Below are positions 48,698 through 63,335 of a DNA stretch of 64,000 nucleotides, piece by piece. This DNA is from Eledone cirrhosa (taxonomy: Eukaryota): NCBI GenBank assembly GCA_964016885.1, contig OZ024754.1, positions 13,392,001 to 13,456,000 on the forward strand, given 5' to 3'. Below the pieces are notes generated by a model. It did not search any database and had not been told where the DNA came from. It saw only the letters and a program-made list of their open reading frames with translations. Position 1 is the first letter of the stretch, and each line of letters begins with the position of its first letter. The translations under genes and the position numbers were made by a program.

Positions 48698-49997
48698 CTG
48701 TAACGAACAACAACGACACTATATACTACCAGCTCTGAACATTTTAATGATTTCTAGTTTACACACAGGTCCAACTGTTTGTGGTGAAGAAAATTTGATT
48801 GCATCAACCACAGTATATGACTGGTATTTTATTATCGAGCCCGGAATGATAAAATGCATAGTTAACCTCCGTGGGATTTGAACTCAGAACATAAAGAGCC
48901 GTAATTAAATGTTGCAAATATTTTATCCGACACTCTAACGATTCTGCTAATCGACTGCCCTTTTGAAAGATATAATGATGGAAGAATGCCACACAAGATC
49001 CTATAATTAATGGGATATGTGGTGCATCAGTCATCATATTGCTTCAAACTGACAGAAGAAGAAAATAAGCTCTCTCCTGAAAAAAGGAAAAAAGAAAATA
49101 AAGATTGATAGATAATAGATAGAAGGAGAGAGAGAGAGAGAAAATTCTGCATATCTCACCTTTTATGCAGGATGTCTCTAGGAAGTAGGCGGCCTTTACA
49201 AGTGAGAAATCCTGTTCAATTTGATGAAATCAATATTCTTCAGCATTCTCCAACAACCCGGTAATTTTGTTCCTGACAGCTTGGTTAATTCACGGCTTCA
49301 ATAGACTTTAAGATGTGGAGAAGGATATAACAGCAATACCAAGTTAGGAAAAAATATTAACTGTTAACAAGGATTGTGAGAAAGATAATGCGTGTGACTT
49401 GGTGATTAGATGTGTTGCGTTCTTGAATAACGTACTTTATTTTACGTTGTTCCTTCTTCCAGGAGTTGTCACCGACAGATAGTATCAGCAGTGGAAAGAC
49501 CAATGGAAACATTGTTTCCTTGGTCTCGTCTGATGATCAACTCCTTTTCTTTCGTGAGAAAGGTGATAGATGAGAGAGTTTAATTTGTATGTGTAGTGAC
49601 ATATAATAACATAAAATAGCCGTCCATATATTTGGTTAAATTTGTATATTGTAGAAGCAAGATGAAGTATCTAGCAACTTCGTCTGGCAGTTATCTTCTC
49701 GCCCCTTGTGACCTACAAAGCAACAAGCCACCGCCAGCACGATCGATCTACCGCTGTTCTCCCCACATCTTTCAAACCAATTCTTGTGCATCTGAGTCTC
49801 CCCTGGAATTGTTGGTGCCTGTTATAACCCGGACCACTCCACGCCCAACACCCACCCCCACTGCTTTCCCTTCTCCAGCATCCACGATACGGCAGTCCTC
49901 ACATGCCAAGAGGCTGGTAGATGGAAAATGTGACCCACCAAGAGAAACCGACGCAGTGGCTGAATTTCTTTATTTGCGACATTTTCTACATAGGTAA

Positions 49998-50953
49998 CTA
50001 GCTGAATTACCCGGCGTTGCCTGGGTTACTGCTATTCTTATTCAGATTAGTAAACAATAAACATGGAGATATGTTGTTTTTTTCTCATAATTATTTGAAA
50101 ATATCAATATTTCTTTTTTTTTAAATCAAAATTGTAATGATAATCGAATTTAGAAATGAAAATCTGTCAATCTTGAAGCACCTTAGAGTAAACAATATTC
50201 ACTGTGTAATTTTTTGTTGGTGTCCAAATGAATAAATTATTGCTACACACTTACACACACACACTCTCACATACATATACTAAGACATACACACACAGGC
50301 ATACATTCACGCAGACGCACGCATAGCTTTTCACCTCATTTTTTTGACAGACGCTACACCAAATGAAAATAAAAATTATCACACATACACTCACAAACAC
50401 ACTCACACACACATACACTCACACACATACACACACTCTCACATACACTCACTTACATATACTGAGACAGACACACACAGACTTACATTCACGTACACCT
50501 GTCTGTCATCACATATGTATCTGCATGTGTAGATGTGTGTGTGTACGTTTAATTGTCTGTGTGTGAAGATAATATGTATGCAACTTACTAAGGCTATATG
50601 TATGTGTAGATGTGTGTGTGTGTTTAATTCTCTGAGGCCTAATGTACGTAACAAACTCGCAAACACACACACACACACACTTACAAACACATGCACACTC
50701 ATATACAAAATGTGCCGGTCATCTTCGTAGTCGTAGTCGTGGTGGTTTACTATAGTTAACTATAGAAATATTACTTTAGATAAAATCTTATATTGTTTTA
50801 ATCCAAATGAAAATAAAAATTACATGTTGATACTCCGGAAGTCTAATACTATTACCTAGTAACATTTGATTTGCTTTGGTCCAGCCGTTTGAGAATGCAT
50901 AGGAACAGACAGATTGACAAATAGACAAACAAAGAATTTTATATAGAGAGAGA
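49998..50953 (-). mobile_element. Non-autonomous Helitron
   Basis: Minus-strand 3' hairpin acccaggcaacgccgggt...CTAG|T; 5' TC...tatataaaattc followed by GTCT-like repeats. Confidence 0.75.
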
Positions 50954-51232
50954 TCTTGAGGCAAAGTTGGTGGAAATTATCCTCTTTAGCCACATTGGTT
51001 GTTATTTTACACAAAATAGAATCATGAAGTTTACTGTATTTTTTAGCCAAGGCAATGGCGCTGGATTAGCAGATCGTTACTGCATCGGAAAAAATGCTTC
51101 ACAACATTTGTCCCGGCTCTTTACATTCTGAGGTCAAAATTGCCTGTCAAATTCTCCGAGGTCAGTAAAATAAAGTACCACTGAAGCACTGGTATCAATA
51201 TAATTGATGTTCTCCTTCCTTCAAATTCCTGG

Positions 51233-51483
51233 TCAATGTACCAATGTGCCAATGTGTCAATGTGTCAATGTGTCAATGTGCCAATGTGCCAATGTACCAA
51301 TGTGCCAATGAGTCAATGTGCCAATGTACCAATGTGCCATTGTATTAATGTACCAATGTACCAATGTACCAATGTACCAATGTGTCAATGTGTCAATGTG
51401 TCAATGTGTCAATGTGCCAATGTGTCAATGTGCCAATGTGCCAATGTGCCAATGTGTCAATGTGCCAATGTGTCAATGTGTCA
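51233..51483. repeat. 8-bp satellite (YCAATGTR)n at a SINE 3' end
   Basis: ccaatgtg / tcaatgtg / ccaatgta repeated. Confidence 0.9.
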
Positions 51484-51729
51484 GTGGTAGAAAGAAGTGT
51501 TTTTTTACGACTTTCTAACTTTGCCTTTCAACCTCGTGAGGTCGGTAAAATACAGTAGCAGTCATATACTAGGGTTAATATAATCGACTTCCCACTCACC
51601 CCCCACCTCACCCCACCCCGGTTGTGCCAGAATTAGAAAACATTATTTTATCCGAGGCAGGTTCAGTAGTCTCTGTTTTTACATTTACATGCTTCTTGGT
51701 TGGATGATTTCGTAAATATTTTACCTTCA

Positions 51730-51732
51730 CAC

Positions 51733-51790
<58 letters not shown>

Positions 51791-52121
51791 GCCCACACAC
51801 ACACGCCCACACACACTTACACACGCCCACACACACAAACACACACCCACAGCCACACACACACACACGCACACACACACACACACACACACTTACACAC
51901 GCCCACACACACAAACACACACACACACACACGCACCCCCCCACACACACACACACACAGCCACACACACACACACACACACACACAGCCACACACACAC
52001 ACACACACACGCGCGCACACACGCACACACACACACACACACACAAATACGCACACCCACACACACACTTACACACACACACACTTACACACGCCCCCAC
52101 ACACAAACACACACCCACAGC

Positions 52122-52152
<31 letters not shown>

Positions 52153-52531
52153 ACACACACACACACACACACAAATACACACACCCACACACACACACGC
52201 CCACACACACACACTTACACACGCCCACACACACAAACACACACCCACAGCCACACACACACACACACACGCACACACACACCCACACACACACACTTAC
52301 ACACGCCCACACACACGCACACACACACCCACACACCCACACACACACACCTACACACGCCCACACACACAAACACACACCCACAGCCACACACACACAC
52401 ACACACACACACACAGCCACACACACACACACACGCGCACACACGCGCACACACACACACACACACACACAAATACACACACCCACACACACACTTACAC
52501 ACGCCCCCACACACAAACACACACCCACAGC

Positions 52532-52562
<31 letters not shown>

Positions 52563-52825
52563 ACACACACACACACACACAAATACACACACCCACACAC
52601 ACACACGCCCACACACACACACTTACACACGCCCACACACACAAACACACACACACACACACACGCACACACACACCCACACACACACACTTACACACGC
52701 CCACACACACGCACACACACACCCACACACACACACTTACACACGCCCACACACACAAACACACACCCACAGCCACACACACACACACACGCACACGCAC
52801 ACACACACACACACACCCACACATA
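51730..52825. repeat. Complex (CA)n block with higher-order periodicity
   Basis: Recurring acttacacacgccc...aaacacacacccacagcc. Confidence 0.9.
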
Positions 52826-52844
52826 CCTCTCCATATATATATAT

Positions 52845-52879
<35 letters not shown>

Positions 52880-53082
52880 GGAAATGGAAAAGAATGGAAC
52901 GAAATTTCATTTCTCACTCTTGGTACGGCTGATACTTAAATGTAAGTATGTATGTATACGTACATACATATATGTATACAGACGTACAGTAGTATGTGTA
53001 TATATACATACATTCACACACATATATATATATGTACGTATGGGTTTACCGAACATTTATTATAATGTTCGGTTTGTTTGTT

Positions 53083-55270
53083 ATTTGCATGTGCCTCAGT
53101 GGACATGTGAACACACTTTTGTACTGTTCGTTCAGTATTTCACATATCTCTTGGGGATTCTCGGTTAATGAACCGTCTGTATGGAAGAGTGGCCCAATCT
53201 TGCTGTGTACCGAGGCAGTTTCTTTTGCAAATTTAAAGAAGGCCTTGGGGTTTGTTTTAATGTTTTCTATGGCCTTGCTCTCTTTCTTTGCCCTCTCATT
53301 TTCATGGGAAAGTTTGAGTGCAATCTCGGTATCAAGTAGTGCACGTTTCAAATAGGATTCCTTCTTGTTTTTGTTTTCCTGTTGTGCATTCAACTGGTTT
53401 GAGAGCTTGGTTCTATGTCTCATAAGGATTTTCCTATCTCTGGGAATAAGATTTTTGTGTGTGTTTGCCTTTTTCTCCGGGACAAACTTTTTGCATATAG
53501 TGTGTATCGTTGTCATGAAGTTTTGAAATTGTGTGTTAGTGTCTTGTGTGGCCGTGTTTTCATTCCATGTTTGCTTCCGGATTTCTCTCTTAATCTTTTT
53601 CCAGTTAGCCTTGTAGAAATTAAGGCTGGATAACGTCCCGGAGCTTCTTGTGTCTCTGTTGGTTCTCTCGGACCATATATCATTTGTTCTACTAAGTTAT
53701 GATCCGAGAGAATTGTTGGTGTCACCTTTACATTGTGGACGAGCACTTCGTTGCTTGTAAAACAGAGGTCCAGGACATTTTCGCTTCTTGTTGGGAGGAG
53801 TATTGCTTGTTCCATGAACATCCTGTGTGTGAGGGCCAGCAGGGATTCCGTCTGTCTCTGTTCTATTGACGTCATTCCAGGGAGGAGGTGGCCCTCAGGC
53901 CATTTGACCTTTGATAGGTTGAAGTCTCCCAGCAGTAGAATGTTGAGACCCTGGCCCAGTTTGTCAAGGATCTCTTCTATCCTACTGAGGCTATCCTCAA
54001 ATTTACCCTCATCACTGGGGGCATCGGGCGGCCGATATGTGACACATATTACTGTCTGTAGTTGCTTCATATGTACTATCAGTGTGACACAGACTGGGTT
54101 TGAATGTGTCAACAGTACAATTGGTGTGACATCTTCACGGATATACAGAGCAACCCCACCATGAGTTCGCTCCTTCCTGTCCGAACGAAATACAGTATAT
54201 TTCGGTATATGTATTTCTGCATCTGTTATACTGCTTGTCAGGTGCGTTTCGGTTAGTGCCATGCATAATGCTTGATTGCTTATGGCTAAGTCTCCCAAGT
54301 AGGACATTTTACTCATGTTACTGAGTTTCACCAGGCCTCTGACATTCAGCAGCAGCACTGGTGTGACTTTTGGGGTGCCAGTAATGGCTGTCAGGATGAC
54401 ACCTGGTCTGGTGTCAGCGGCGACCACTCTGGGTCCCTTAGCTGTGGTGGTCTCGAATGCTGGTGTGGGTCACCCTGGCTCTGAAAACGATGCAGCTAGG
54501 TCAGCTGTCCCACAATCTTCTCTGCCATCACTAAAAACATTTTCTGCTCTGCTGCTGCCATCTGTATCTCGTCGGCATGTGCGTGCCTTCTCCTTGTTGT
54601 TGCGGCACGCGTGACATCAGCATACTTCTGGAGCGGCTTATTTCGGCTTTGGCTGGGGCATGTTGCGCGAGTAGGATAGGCATGGTTCGTTTGGGACGTG
54701 GGGTGGGCGAATCTGTATCCCATCCCTGTCTCCCCATGCCAGCAGGTCCCGTTCCTGAAAAACTTGCACATTACTTGGGTTTTCTTGCTCCCAGTGTCTC
54801 GGTGCTTTCTCTTCTTCCTTTGAACAGTTGTCCACTGGTCCCTCTGCGCTTGGTTCTCTTTCGGAAGGTGATTTCGCTTTTCACCTTTACCTTTTGTTTG
54901 TTGGTTGCCCGGCCTGCCCTCCCTGACTGTGGCGGTGGGTATCTCATTTTCTTTCAGATCCGTGTTTGTGCTCTCCTCCGCTTCTTTTTCCTCTCCTTTC
55001 TCTTCGGTTTTCTCCTCCTTGAGGACATGGCTTAGCATCGCCATATGTGGCGCTATGAGGACATAGGCCTTCTCAATTTCTTTTCTCTTTCTCTCTATCT
55101 GTGCCAGGGTCCTCAGAAACCCATGGCTTTTCAGGATCTCCGGTATCTTTTTGCTTGGTGGTTACCCATCAGCCATGGTCGACCCCTTGATCAAAACCGC
55201 TAGTTCCATCTTTGACCTGTTTCGCTGACTCATAATTTCACCTTTTTCCTGTATGCAGTCCATTTCGCTG
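53083..55270 (-). mobile_element. CR1-type LINE, 5' half (ORF1 plus APE endonuclease), 3'-truncated and frameshifted
   Basis: ORF1 54496-55044 with CCCH-like CKFFRNGTCWHG...YRFAHP; ORF2 LLNVRGL, LTETHL, RSDRKERTHGGVALYI, YRPP, GDFNL, PTRSENVLDL, SDHNL, then IKTNPKAFFKFAK...LNEQYKSVFT. Confidence 0.88.
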
Positions 55271-55599
55271 TGGGGGGGGGGGGAAGATAGTGGGAAGGGT
55301 AGGGTAGAGGTTAGAGAGGGACAGAGGGAGATATAAATCCAGTGAGAAATTTTAGGATCGATTTAGAAGGAAAGAGAGAGAGAACTTGTGCGATCTAGAG
55401 AGAGAGAAAAAGAAAAAGAAACAGAAGAAAAGAAAGGGGAGAGAGACAGAAGAGAGGAGCGAGAGAGATAGCGGGAAGAGTGGGGGGAACGGTTAGAGAG
55501 AGAGAGAAAGAGATAGATAAGTCCGGTGAGAAATTCAAGGTGCGATTTAGAGAGAGAGAGAGAGCTCGTGTGCTCTAGAGAGAGAGAGCTCGTGTGCTC

Positions 55600-55639
<40 letters not shown>

Positions 55640-56608
55640 CAGCGTGAGAAATAGCAATTCAGAAAGAGAGAGAGAGAGCTGTCAAAGAAAACCATAAATA
55701 TTAGTAATAAATATCGTTCAAAGAATATTTCACGAAAACAAAGTGAACATCAAATGATATCCACATGACATATAAAAGGAGACAATAAATTAAGATAACA
55801 TAAAATAAAAGAAGATAAATCTAAAATAAATTAAATGAATGAAATCCAAAAAGTTAAAGATATAGAAACACGATGTAAGTTGTATATAAGTTGATTTCAA
55901 ATGGTTGTTTACAAATATAAATAACGGGAACCGTATAGAGTGACCGTAGTTATTGTAATATCAATATATCAACAACAAACACACATGCTCACCAAGTCAA
56001 AAATAAAAATAAAATTATATTAGATTAGATTATGCTACTCAGAATAAAACAACATAATACAAAATTTACTTAAATTAAATTAAATTACGTACTAGCCTTC
56101 TATACTCTGTATGGTAGTCAAAGAAAGAAAGAAAGATAGAAAGCACGTGTGTGTGGTGTTTTTAGGAGAATATCACACAGTTAAAATAAACATGTTTAAA
56201 ACGCTTATATAAGTAAAATATACGTAAAATAATCGCGTCAAAGCACAAAAACTTATCTTTTTGTATGTTTTCCTTGTCTTCTGAAAAATTACAGCCGTAC
56301 ATAAAACTGATTACTGTCGATTTAAAATTTTTAATCTCGACGTTCAGCAATTCATGTCCGTATCAACAAACTGCCAATATGTATATATACGGGGTCGATA
56401 AAATAAAGTACCAGTAATGAACAGGGTAATTGCTGGCCTTGTGCCTAAAGTAGAAACAAATATGTATATATATATGTACGTATGGGTTTACCGAAACATT
56501 TATTATAATGTTCGGTTTGTTTGTTTGTAAACAAACAAACAGCCCGAATTACGCCGTACAGTGTTCAGGCAACCATTGTCGCCCTTTTGTTCAACACTGA
56601 CACAGGAA

Positions 56609-56648
56609 CGATGTACTAGTTTCAAGCTTATTAGCTATCGTCAGATCG
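56609..56648 (-). ncRNA. Hammerhead motif of the family spanning 52880-53082 and 56460-56800; homologue at 63663-63703 (-)
   Basis: cgat-CTGACGA-t-agct(aata)agct-t-GAAA-CTAG-TA-catcg; the 63.7-kb copy reads cgttg-CTGACGA...GAAA-CTAG-CA-cagcg. Confidence 0.7.
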
Positions 56649-56797
56649 TATACCTTCCTGCCAGATGATTGAAAAATGTTCGGTAAATCCATACGTACAT
56701 ATATATATATATGTGTGCATGCATGTATATATATATATATACATACTACTGTACGTCTGTATACATATATGTATGTACGTATACATACATACTTATA

Positions 56798-56866
<69 letters not shown>

Positions 56867-57212
56867 AGATCAAAAGATGGTTAAAGGAGTTCAATATATT
56901 TTATTATGCGCATTTCAAAAACAAACATCATCAAACAATAATATTTGTGTTTTCATCAGATAAAACAGGAGAACATGATATGAAGGCTAAAAAAACACTT
57001 GTTGATAGTGCAGTTTTAAATCAACATATGATGAAAACACAAATATTATTGTTTGATGATGTTTGTTTTTGAAATGCGCATAATAAAATATATTGAACTC
57101 CTTTAACCATCTTTTGATCTTATATTATGCATACTCCAGTCCCACAAACTGTAGAGTGCTTCTTATCCGATATCTGCATTGCTTTATTGTACTACAATAA
57201 AACTCACCTCCT
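56867..57212 (+). mobile_element. Fold-back PLE-terminal element with degenerate HHR at 57049-57086 (+) and 56901-56938 (-)
   Basis: Arms ~56862-56958 and ~57029-57125; ttgt-TTGATGA-...-GAAA-TGCGCA-TA-ataa with unpaired stem II; tail tactcc...gagtgc. Confidence 0.7.
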
Positions 57213-57214
57213 AC

Positions 57215-57246
<32 letters not shown>

Positions 57247-57304
57247 GTACGTATACATACATACTTATTTATATGTGTGTATATATATACAGACATACAC
57301 ACAC

Positions 57305-57363
<59 letters not shown>

Positions 57364-57395
57364 CTGTATATATATATATATATATATATATACAG

Positions 57396-57479
<84 letters not shown>

Positions 57480-57837
57480 TGTTGCTTAAACCATTTTGTT
57501 TGTTTACCCTAGCGTCCCCTTTATTTACGTGTCCCAACGACTTTTTTTAGCCGTTGCTCGCACCAACCTGAGGTATATGGTCTTTAAAGCGATGAAATGC
57601 CTAGGACGGTTGGAAGACCACTGATGAAGGACAAACTTTTTCATATGTAACCCATTTGCAACGCCGCAGCTCCATTACTATCATATTTACATATATATAT
57701 ATATATATATATATATCTGATGATGACGTACTGTTGAAGATAGCTCAGTACCTTTAAAATATGTATAATAAAATATACTTGATCACACGAATGTCTATTT
57801 TTGTTAATATTTTGAATTAATATTATATATATATATG

Positions 57838-57951
<114 letters not shown>

Positions 57952-58265
57952 CATACACCATATACATACATAAACCATACACACATACACCTTATACATA
58001 CATACACCATATATATACACACACAGACCATATACACACATATACACCATATATATATACACACATATACACACATATACACACATATACACACATATAT
58101 ACACATACATAGGTACACAATATAAGTAAAGGTAAAATCCGGAATCCCGACAGAAATAACAAACACATCCTGTCTTCCAGTATAATAAAGCGAATTATAT
58201 ATATATAAATATTTATATATATATATAAATATTTATATATATATATAAATATATATATATACATG

Positions 58266-58318
<53 letters not shown>

Positions 58319-58479
58319 ATATATATATTTATATATATATATAAATATTTATATATATATATAAATATTTATATATATATAATTCGCTTTATTATACTGG
58401 AAGACAGGATGTGTTTGTTATTTCTGTCGGGATTCCGGATTTTACCTTTACTTATATTGTGTACCTATGTATGTGTATA

Positions 58480-60280
58480 TATGTGTGTATATGTGTGTAT
58501 ATGTGTGTATATGTGTGTATATATATATGGTGTATATGTGTGTATATGGTCTGTGTGTGTATATATATGGTGTATGTATAAGGTGTATGTATGTATATGG
58601 TATATGTATGTATATGGTGTAAATATGTATATGGTGTATGTATGTATATGGTGTATGTATGTATATGGTGTATATATGTATATGGTGTATGTATGTATAT
58701 GGTGTATGTATGTGTATGGTGTACGTGTGTATATGGTGTATATATGGTGTATGTATATGGTGTATGTATATGGTGTATATATGTATATGGTGTATGTATG
58801 TATATGGTGTATGTATGGATATGGTGTATGTATGGATATGGTGTATGTGTATGTATATGGTGTGTGTGTATATGGTGTATGTATGTATATGGTGTATGTG
58901 TATATGGTGTATGTGTATATGGTGTATGTATGTATATGGTGTATGTATGTATATTGTGTACGTGTGTATATGATGTATATATGGTGTATGTATATGGTGT
59001 ATGTATATGGTGTATGTATATGGTGTATGTATGTATATGGTGTATGTATGTATATGGTGTATGTATGTGTATGGTGTATGTATGTATATGGTGTATGTAT
59101 GTATATGGTGTATGTATATGGTGTATGTATATGGTGTATGTATGTTTATGGTGTACGTGTCTATATGGTGTATGTATGTGTATGGTGTATGTATGTATAT
59201 GGTGTATGTATGTATATGGTGTACGTGTGTATATGGTGTATATGTGGTGTATGTATATGGTGTATGTATATGGTGTATGTATATGGTGTATGTATATGGT
59301 GTATGTATGTGTATGGTGTATGTATGTATATGGTGTATGTATATGGTGTATGTATATGGTGTATGTATGTATATGGTTTACGTGTGTATATGGTGTATGT
59401 ATTGTGTATGTATGGTGTATGTATGTATATGGTGTATGTATAAGGTGTATGTATGTATATGGTGTATGTATGTATATGGTGTATATATGTGTATGGTGTA
59501 TGTATGTATATGGTGTATGTATGTATATGGTGTACGTATGGTATGTATATGGTGTGTGTGTATATGGTGTATGTATGTATATGGTGTATGTGTATATGGT
59601 GTATGCATGTATATGGTGTATGTGTATATGGTGTACGTGTGTATATGGTGTATATGTGGTGTATGTATGGTGTGTGTGTATATGGTGTATGTATGTATAA
59701 GGTGTATGTATGTATATGGTGTACGTGTGTATATGGTGTATATGTGGTGTATGTATATGGTGTATGTATATGGTGTATGTATATGGTGTATGTATGTATA
59801 TGGTGTATATATATGGTGTATGTATATGGTGTATGTATGTATATGATGTATGTATGTATATGGTGTATGTATGTATATGGTGTATGTATATATGGTGTAT
59901 GTATGTATATGGTGTATGTATGTATATGGTGTGTGTGTAAATGGTGTACGTATGTATATGGTGTATGTATGTATATGGTGTACGTGTGTATATGGTGTAT
60001 GTATGTGTATGGTGTATGTATCTATATGGTGTATGTATGTATATGGTGTATCTATGTATATGGTGTATGTATGTATATGGTGTATGTATGTGGTGTATGT
60101 ATGTGGTGTATGTATATGGTGTATGTATGTATATGGTGTATGTATGTATATGGTGTATATATGTATATGGTGTATGTATGTATATGGTGTATATATGTAT
60201 ATGGTCTACGTGTGTATATGGTGTATGTATGTGTATGGTGTATGTATGTATATGGTGTATGTATGTATGTATGGTGTTCG
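58480..60280. repeat. (ATGGTGTATGT[ATGT]AT)n satellite with 13/17-nt units
   Basis: Directly visible; source of the 300-600 aa spurious ORFs. Confidence 0.95.
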
Positions 60281-60397
60281 TGTGTTTATACATGTGTGGG
60301 TAGGGAGTGTTGTTTACAGAGGACAACATGGTATATAGTGTTGTTTACATTCTGTATCATTGTTTATAGACGAATGAGCGGAAGAAGGAACGAGTGA

Positions 60398-60463
<66 letters not shown>

Positions 60464-60504
60464 GAGAGAGAAAAAGAAAGAAAGAATGGAAGAAAGAAAA
60501 ACAA

Positions 60505-60536
<32 letters not shown>

Positions 60537-60549
60537 GTAGATAGATAGA

Positions 60550-62636
60550 TAAATTTCTTTATTAGCCACAGGGGCACAAAAGAGGGGACAAATATAAATG
60601 GTGAGTTTACATACAGGTGTATGAAAATAAAACTATTAATAAAATAACAAATAACAATTGAAATCCCCAATAGGGGGGGAGGGGGAGGCGTTACACAGGG
60701 GTTGTACACACCCCGAAAAAATGTACGAGCGTGTCGTCGCACCACTTGCTGCGGACCAACCCTCTATAGAATGTCGAAGTGGAGCACCAAGAGCACCAAG
60801 AGTGAGTACTCTTTTCCTCTCTTCCTCTTTTTCCTCAACCTACAGGCTTATATAGAGAGAAGGCCCAACCACTCGGGCCATCTTTGCCACATTCACCCAC
60901 CTTTTATAAAATTTGCTGGGGTACAGCACCTCTCTCTCTATCCTGATTCTTCTTCCAAAATGATATTTGAAAAAACGAATCAGCTCCTCGCCGGAGAGAA
61001 AGGTTTCTGACCTCAGCCCTTTTAACCTCGTCCACCATATAACCTCTTTCACCATAGCCATAACACAGGAAAACCGCCTCGTTTTTGAAGGAGGGGGCAA
61101 TTTGATCATGACAATGGGCTCGGTGGTCAACCGGATTGGACCCACCCGCGACAATAGTCGTTCTACATAGCCCCACAGGTCGGTAACGCCCGGGAAGTGT
61201 ACGAATGCGTGTGCGACGGTTTCCTCGTCGCGCACGCATCTCGGACAGATCTTTTTCGAAGGGTCCTTACCCTGGCACCCGTGTCTGTAGAGATTGTCTC
61301 GAACTGGTAGAGCTCCTCGGTAGCACTGCCAGGCCAGGGACTTTTGGAAGTTGTCCATTGGTCCCGGGCGGAAGTTCCTACCGAACAGACTAGCCAGTTC
61401 GTCCTCCTCTACGCCCAGAGTTTCTCCGAGCGTGTCGTCGCACCACTTGCTGCGGACCAACCCTCTATAGAATGTCGAAGTGGAGTCTCCACTGATCGCC
61501 AGGTCCGTTTGCCAGAGGACTGTGAGCGCCTGAGCACATTCGATGTGCCAGTCGCCCATTTTCCTCTGTCTTTGCTTGACGCAGGACTGCAGCTCAGTCA
61601 GCGAGACGAGTCGTGGGAGGGCTCGCCTCACGAACGGGGCCCACACCGGTTGTCCGGTGAAGAATACGTGGAGGGAGGTGCCGCAGCCCGAGCGCGTGTT
61701 TGCACATCGTCAGCCACGACATCCCCAGTCCTTCGTTTGAAGGGTGTTGGCAGCAGATGGATCTTCTCACCAAAGGAGCCCGTTTCTTCCAAAGGAATTG
61801 GAAGAGCGCGCGCTCCATTTTGGTGAGCGTTTTACCTGGACAAGGCACGACGGTCAAGCGGTAGTAGATGACGGACGCTATAAAAGTGTTCGCCACCTCC
61901 GCTCGACCTTTCAAGGATAGTTTGCACTCGGCCCACTTCTGGGTGAGCGCAAACACCTTGGCCATCACCTCGTTCCAGTTCTTCTCCACCTGGAGGACCG
62001 GACCAAACCAGACCCCGAGCAGCTTTACCGGTCCTTCCGTCCAGCGTCCGACGACGCCATCAGAAGGCATCGGTTTGCCTCTCCACGTTCCGAGTTGCAA
62101 ACCAACGGATTTGTCCCGGTTCAGCTTCGCTCCTGTGAACCTTTCGTATTCCTTCAGTAAGGTGCCGACCTCCCCGATTTGCGAGGTGCTCGACTCCATT
62201 ACTGTCACGTCGGCGTAGGCCGACGCCGCTTTTCGCAGTCCCGGTTCCAAAGGAATGGCCTGCAATAGCTCCAACTTCAGCAGTAGTGGCTCGAGAGTCA
62301 GTACGTACAGAAGGGAGGAGAGAGGGCATCTCTGTCGGATGGATCGCGTGATATGGAACGGCTCCGAGAGGTAGCCGTTCGCCTTGACCCTTGAGCAGAT
62401 GTTGCTGTTGTGCATTGCAGCAATCCTGCCCCTGAACACGGGTCCGAAGCCTGCCGCCTCGAGTACCGCATCCAGGTAACGATGGTCAACCCTATCGAAA
62501 GCCTTAGACTGATCCAAGTTGATCAGGGCCCTACCGAAACCGAGTTTACACCCCTACCCTGTCTATAATGTATCGCATAAGGTGGAGGTTGTCGTGTATG
62601 GACCTGGTCGGATTGCGCATGTCTGCGCTTCTCCCA
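60550..62636 (-). mobile_element. Tx1-clade LINE, 5'-truncated, in (GATA)n
   Basis: DQSKAFDRVDH, SIRQRCPLSSLLY, AYAD-V, GAKLNRDKS, LSLKGRAEVAN, WQCYRGALPV, CPRC...ETVAHAF; 3' end cctgtggctaataaagaaat followed by (ctat)n. Confidence 0.9.
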
Positions 62637-62666
62637 GATAGATAGATAGATAGATAGGTAGATAGT

Positions 62667-62709
<43 letters not shown>

Positions 62710-62711
<2 letters not shown>

Positions 62712-62769
62712 TTCTTTATTAGCCACAGGGGCACAAAAGAAGGGGACAAATACAAAGGGGGAAGTTTAG

Positions 62770-62846
<77 letters not shown>

Positions 62847-63335
62847 AATAGATAGATTTCTTTATTAGCCACAAGGGCGCACAAGAAAAGGGGACAAAAC
62901 AAAGAATGCCGAGGATTTTACATACCATCGTGTAAAAATATGAAACAAACAATTATAACAATCTAAATCCCCAATAGGGGGGAGGCGCCACAAATGTGTT
63001 GTTTAATACTCCGTCGATAGAACAACCCTCAACTTCAGAAGCGTATTGTGCAAGTGCTCCTTTCTTCTTTTTGCTCTCTTCTTCAACCTACAGGTTTATA
63101 TACAGATAAGGCCCAATCACTCGGGCCATTTTTGCCACATTCACCCACCTTTCAGTAAATTTACTGGAGTGTAGTGCCTCTCTTTTCACTCTTATTCTCC
63201 TTCTAAAGTGGTATCTAAAGAAGGAAATGAGTTGTTGTCCGGAGAGAAAGGCATCTGTCCTCAGTCCTCTCATTCTCGTCCACCATATAACTTCTTTCAC
63301 CATAGCCACTATACAGAGGAAAACCGCCTCTCTTT
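62710..63335 (-). mobile_element. Two further Tx1 3'-end copies (62710-62767 and 62855-63335)
   Basis: Same terminus gtggctaataaagaaatctatc; ORF 63088-63309 is homologous to the C-terminus of 60840-61646. Confidence 0.85.

Noticed and set aside
57564-57630. Hammerhead at ccaacctgaggt...gaaa...ggttgg, and CTGATGA at 57621 (related CTGACGA at 29453)
   Set aside because: Stem I is plausible but the core and triplet are degenerate, and the downstream CTGATGA has no matching GAAA or stems; at most a decayed motif.
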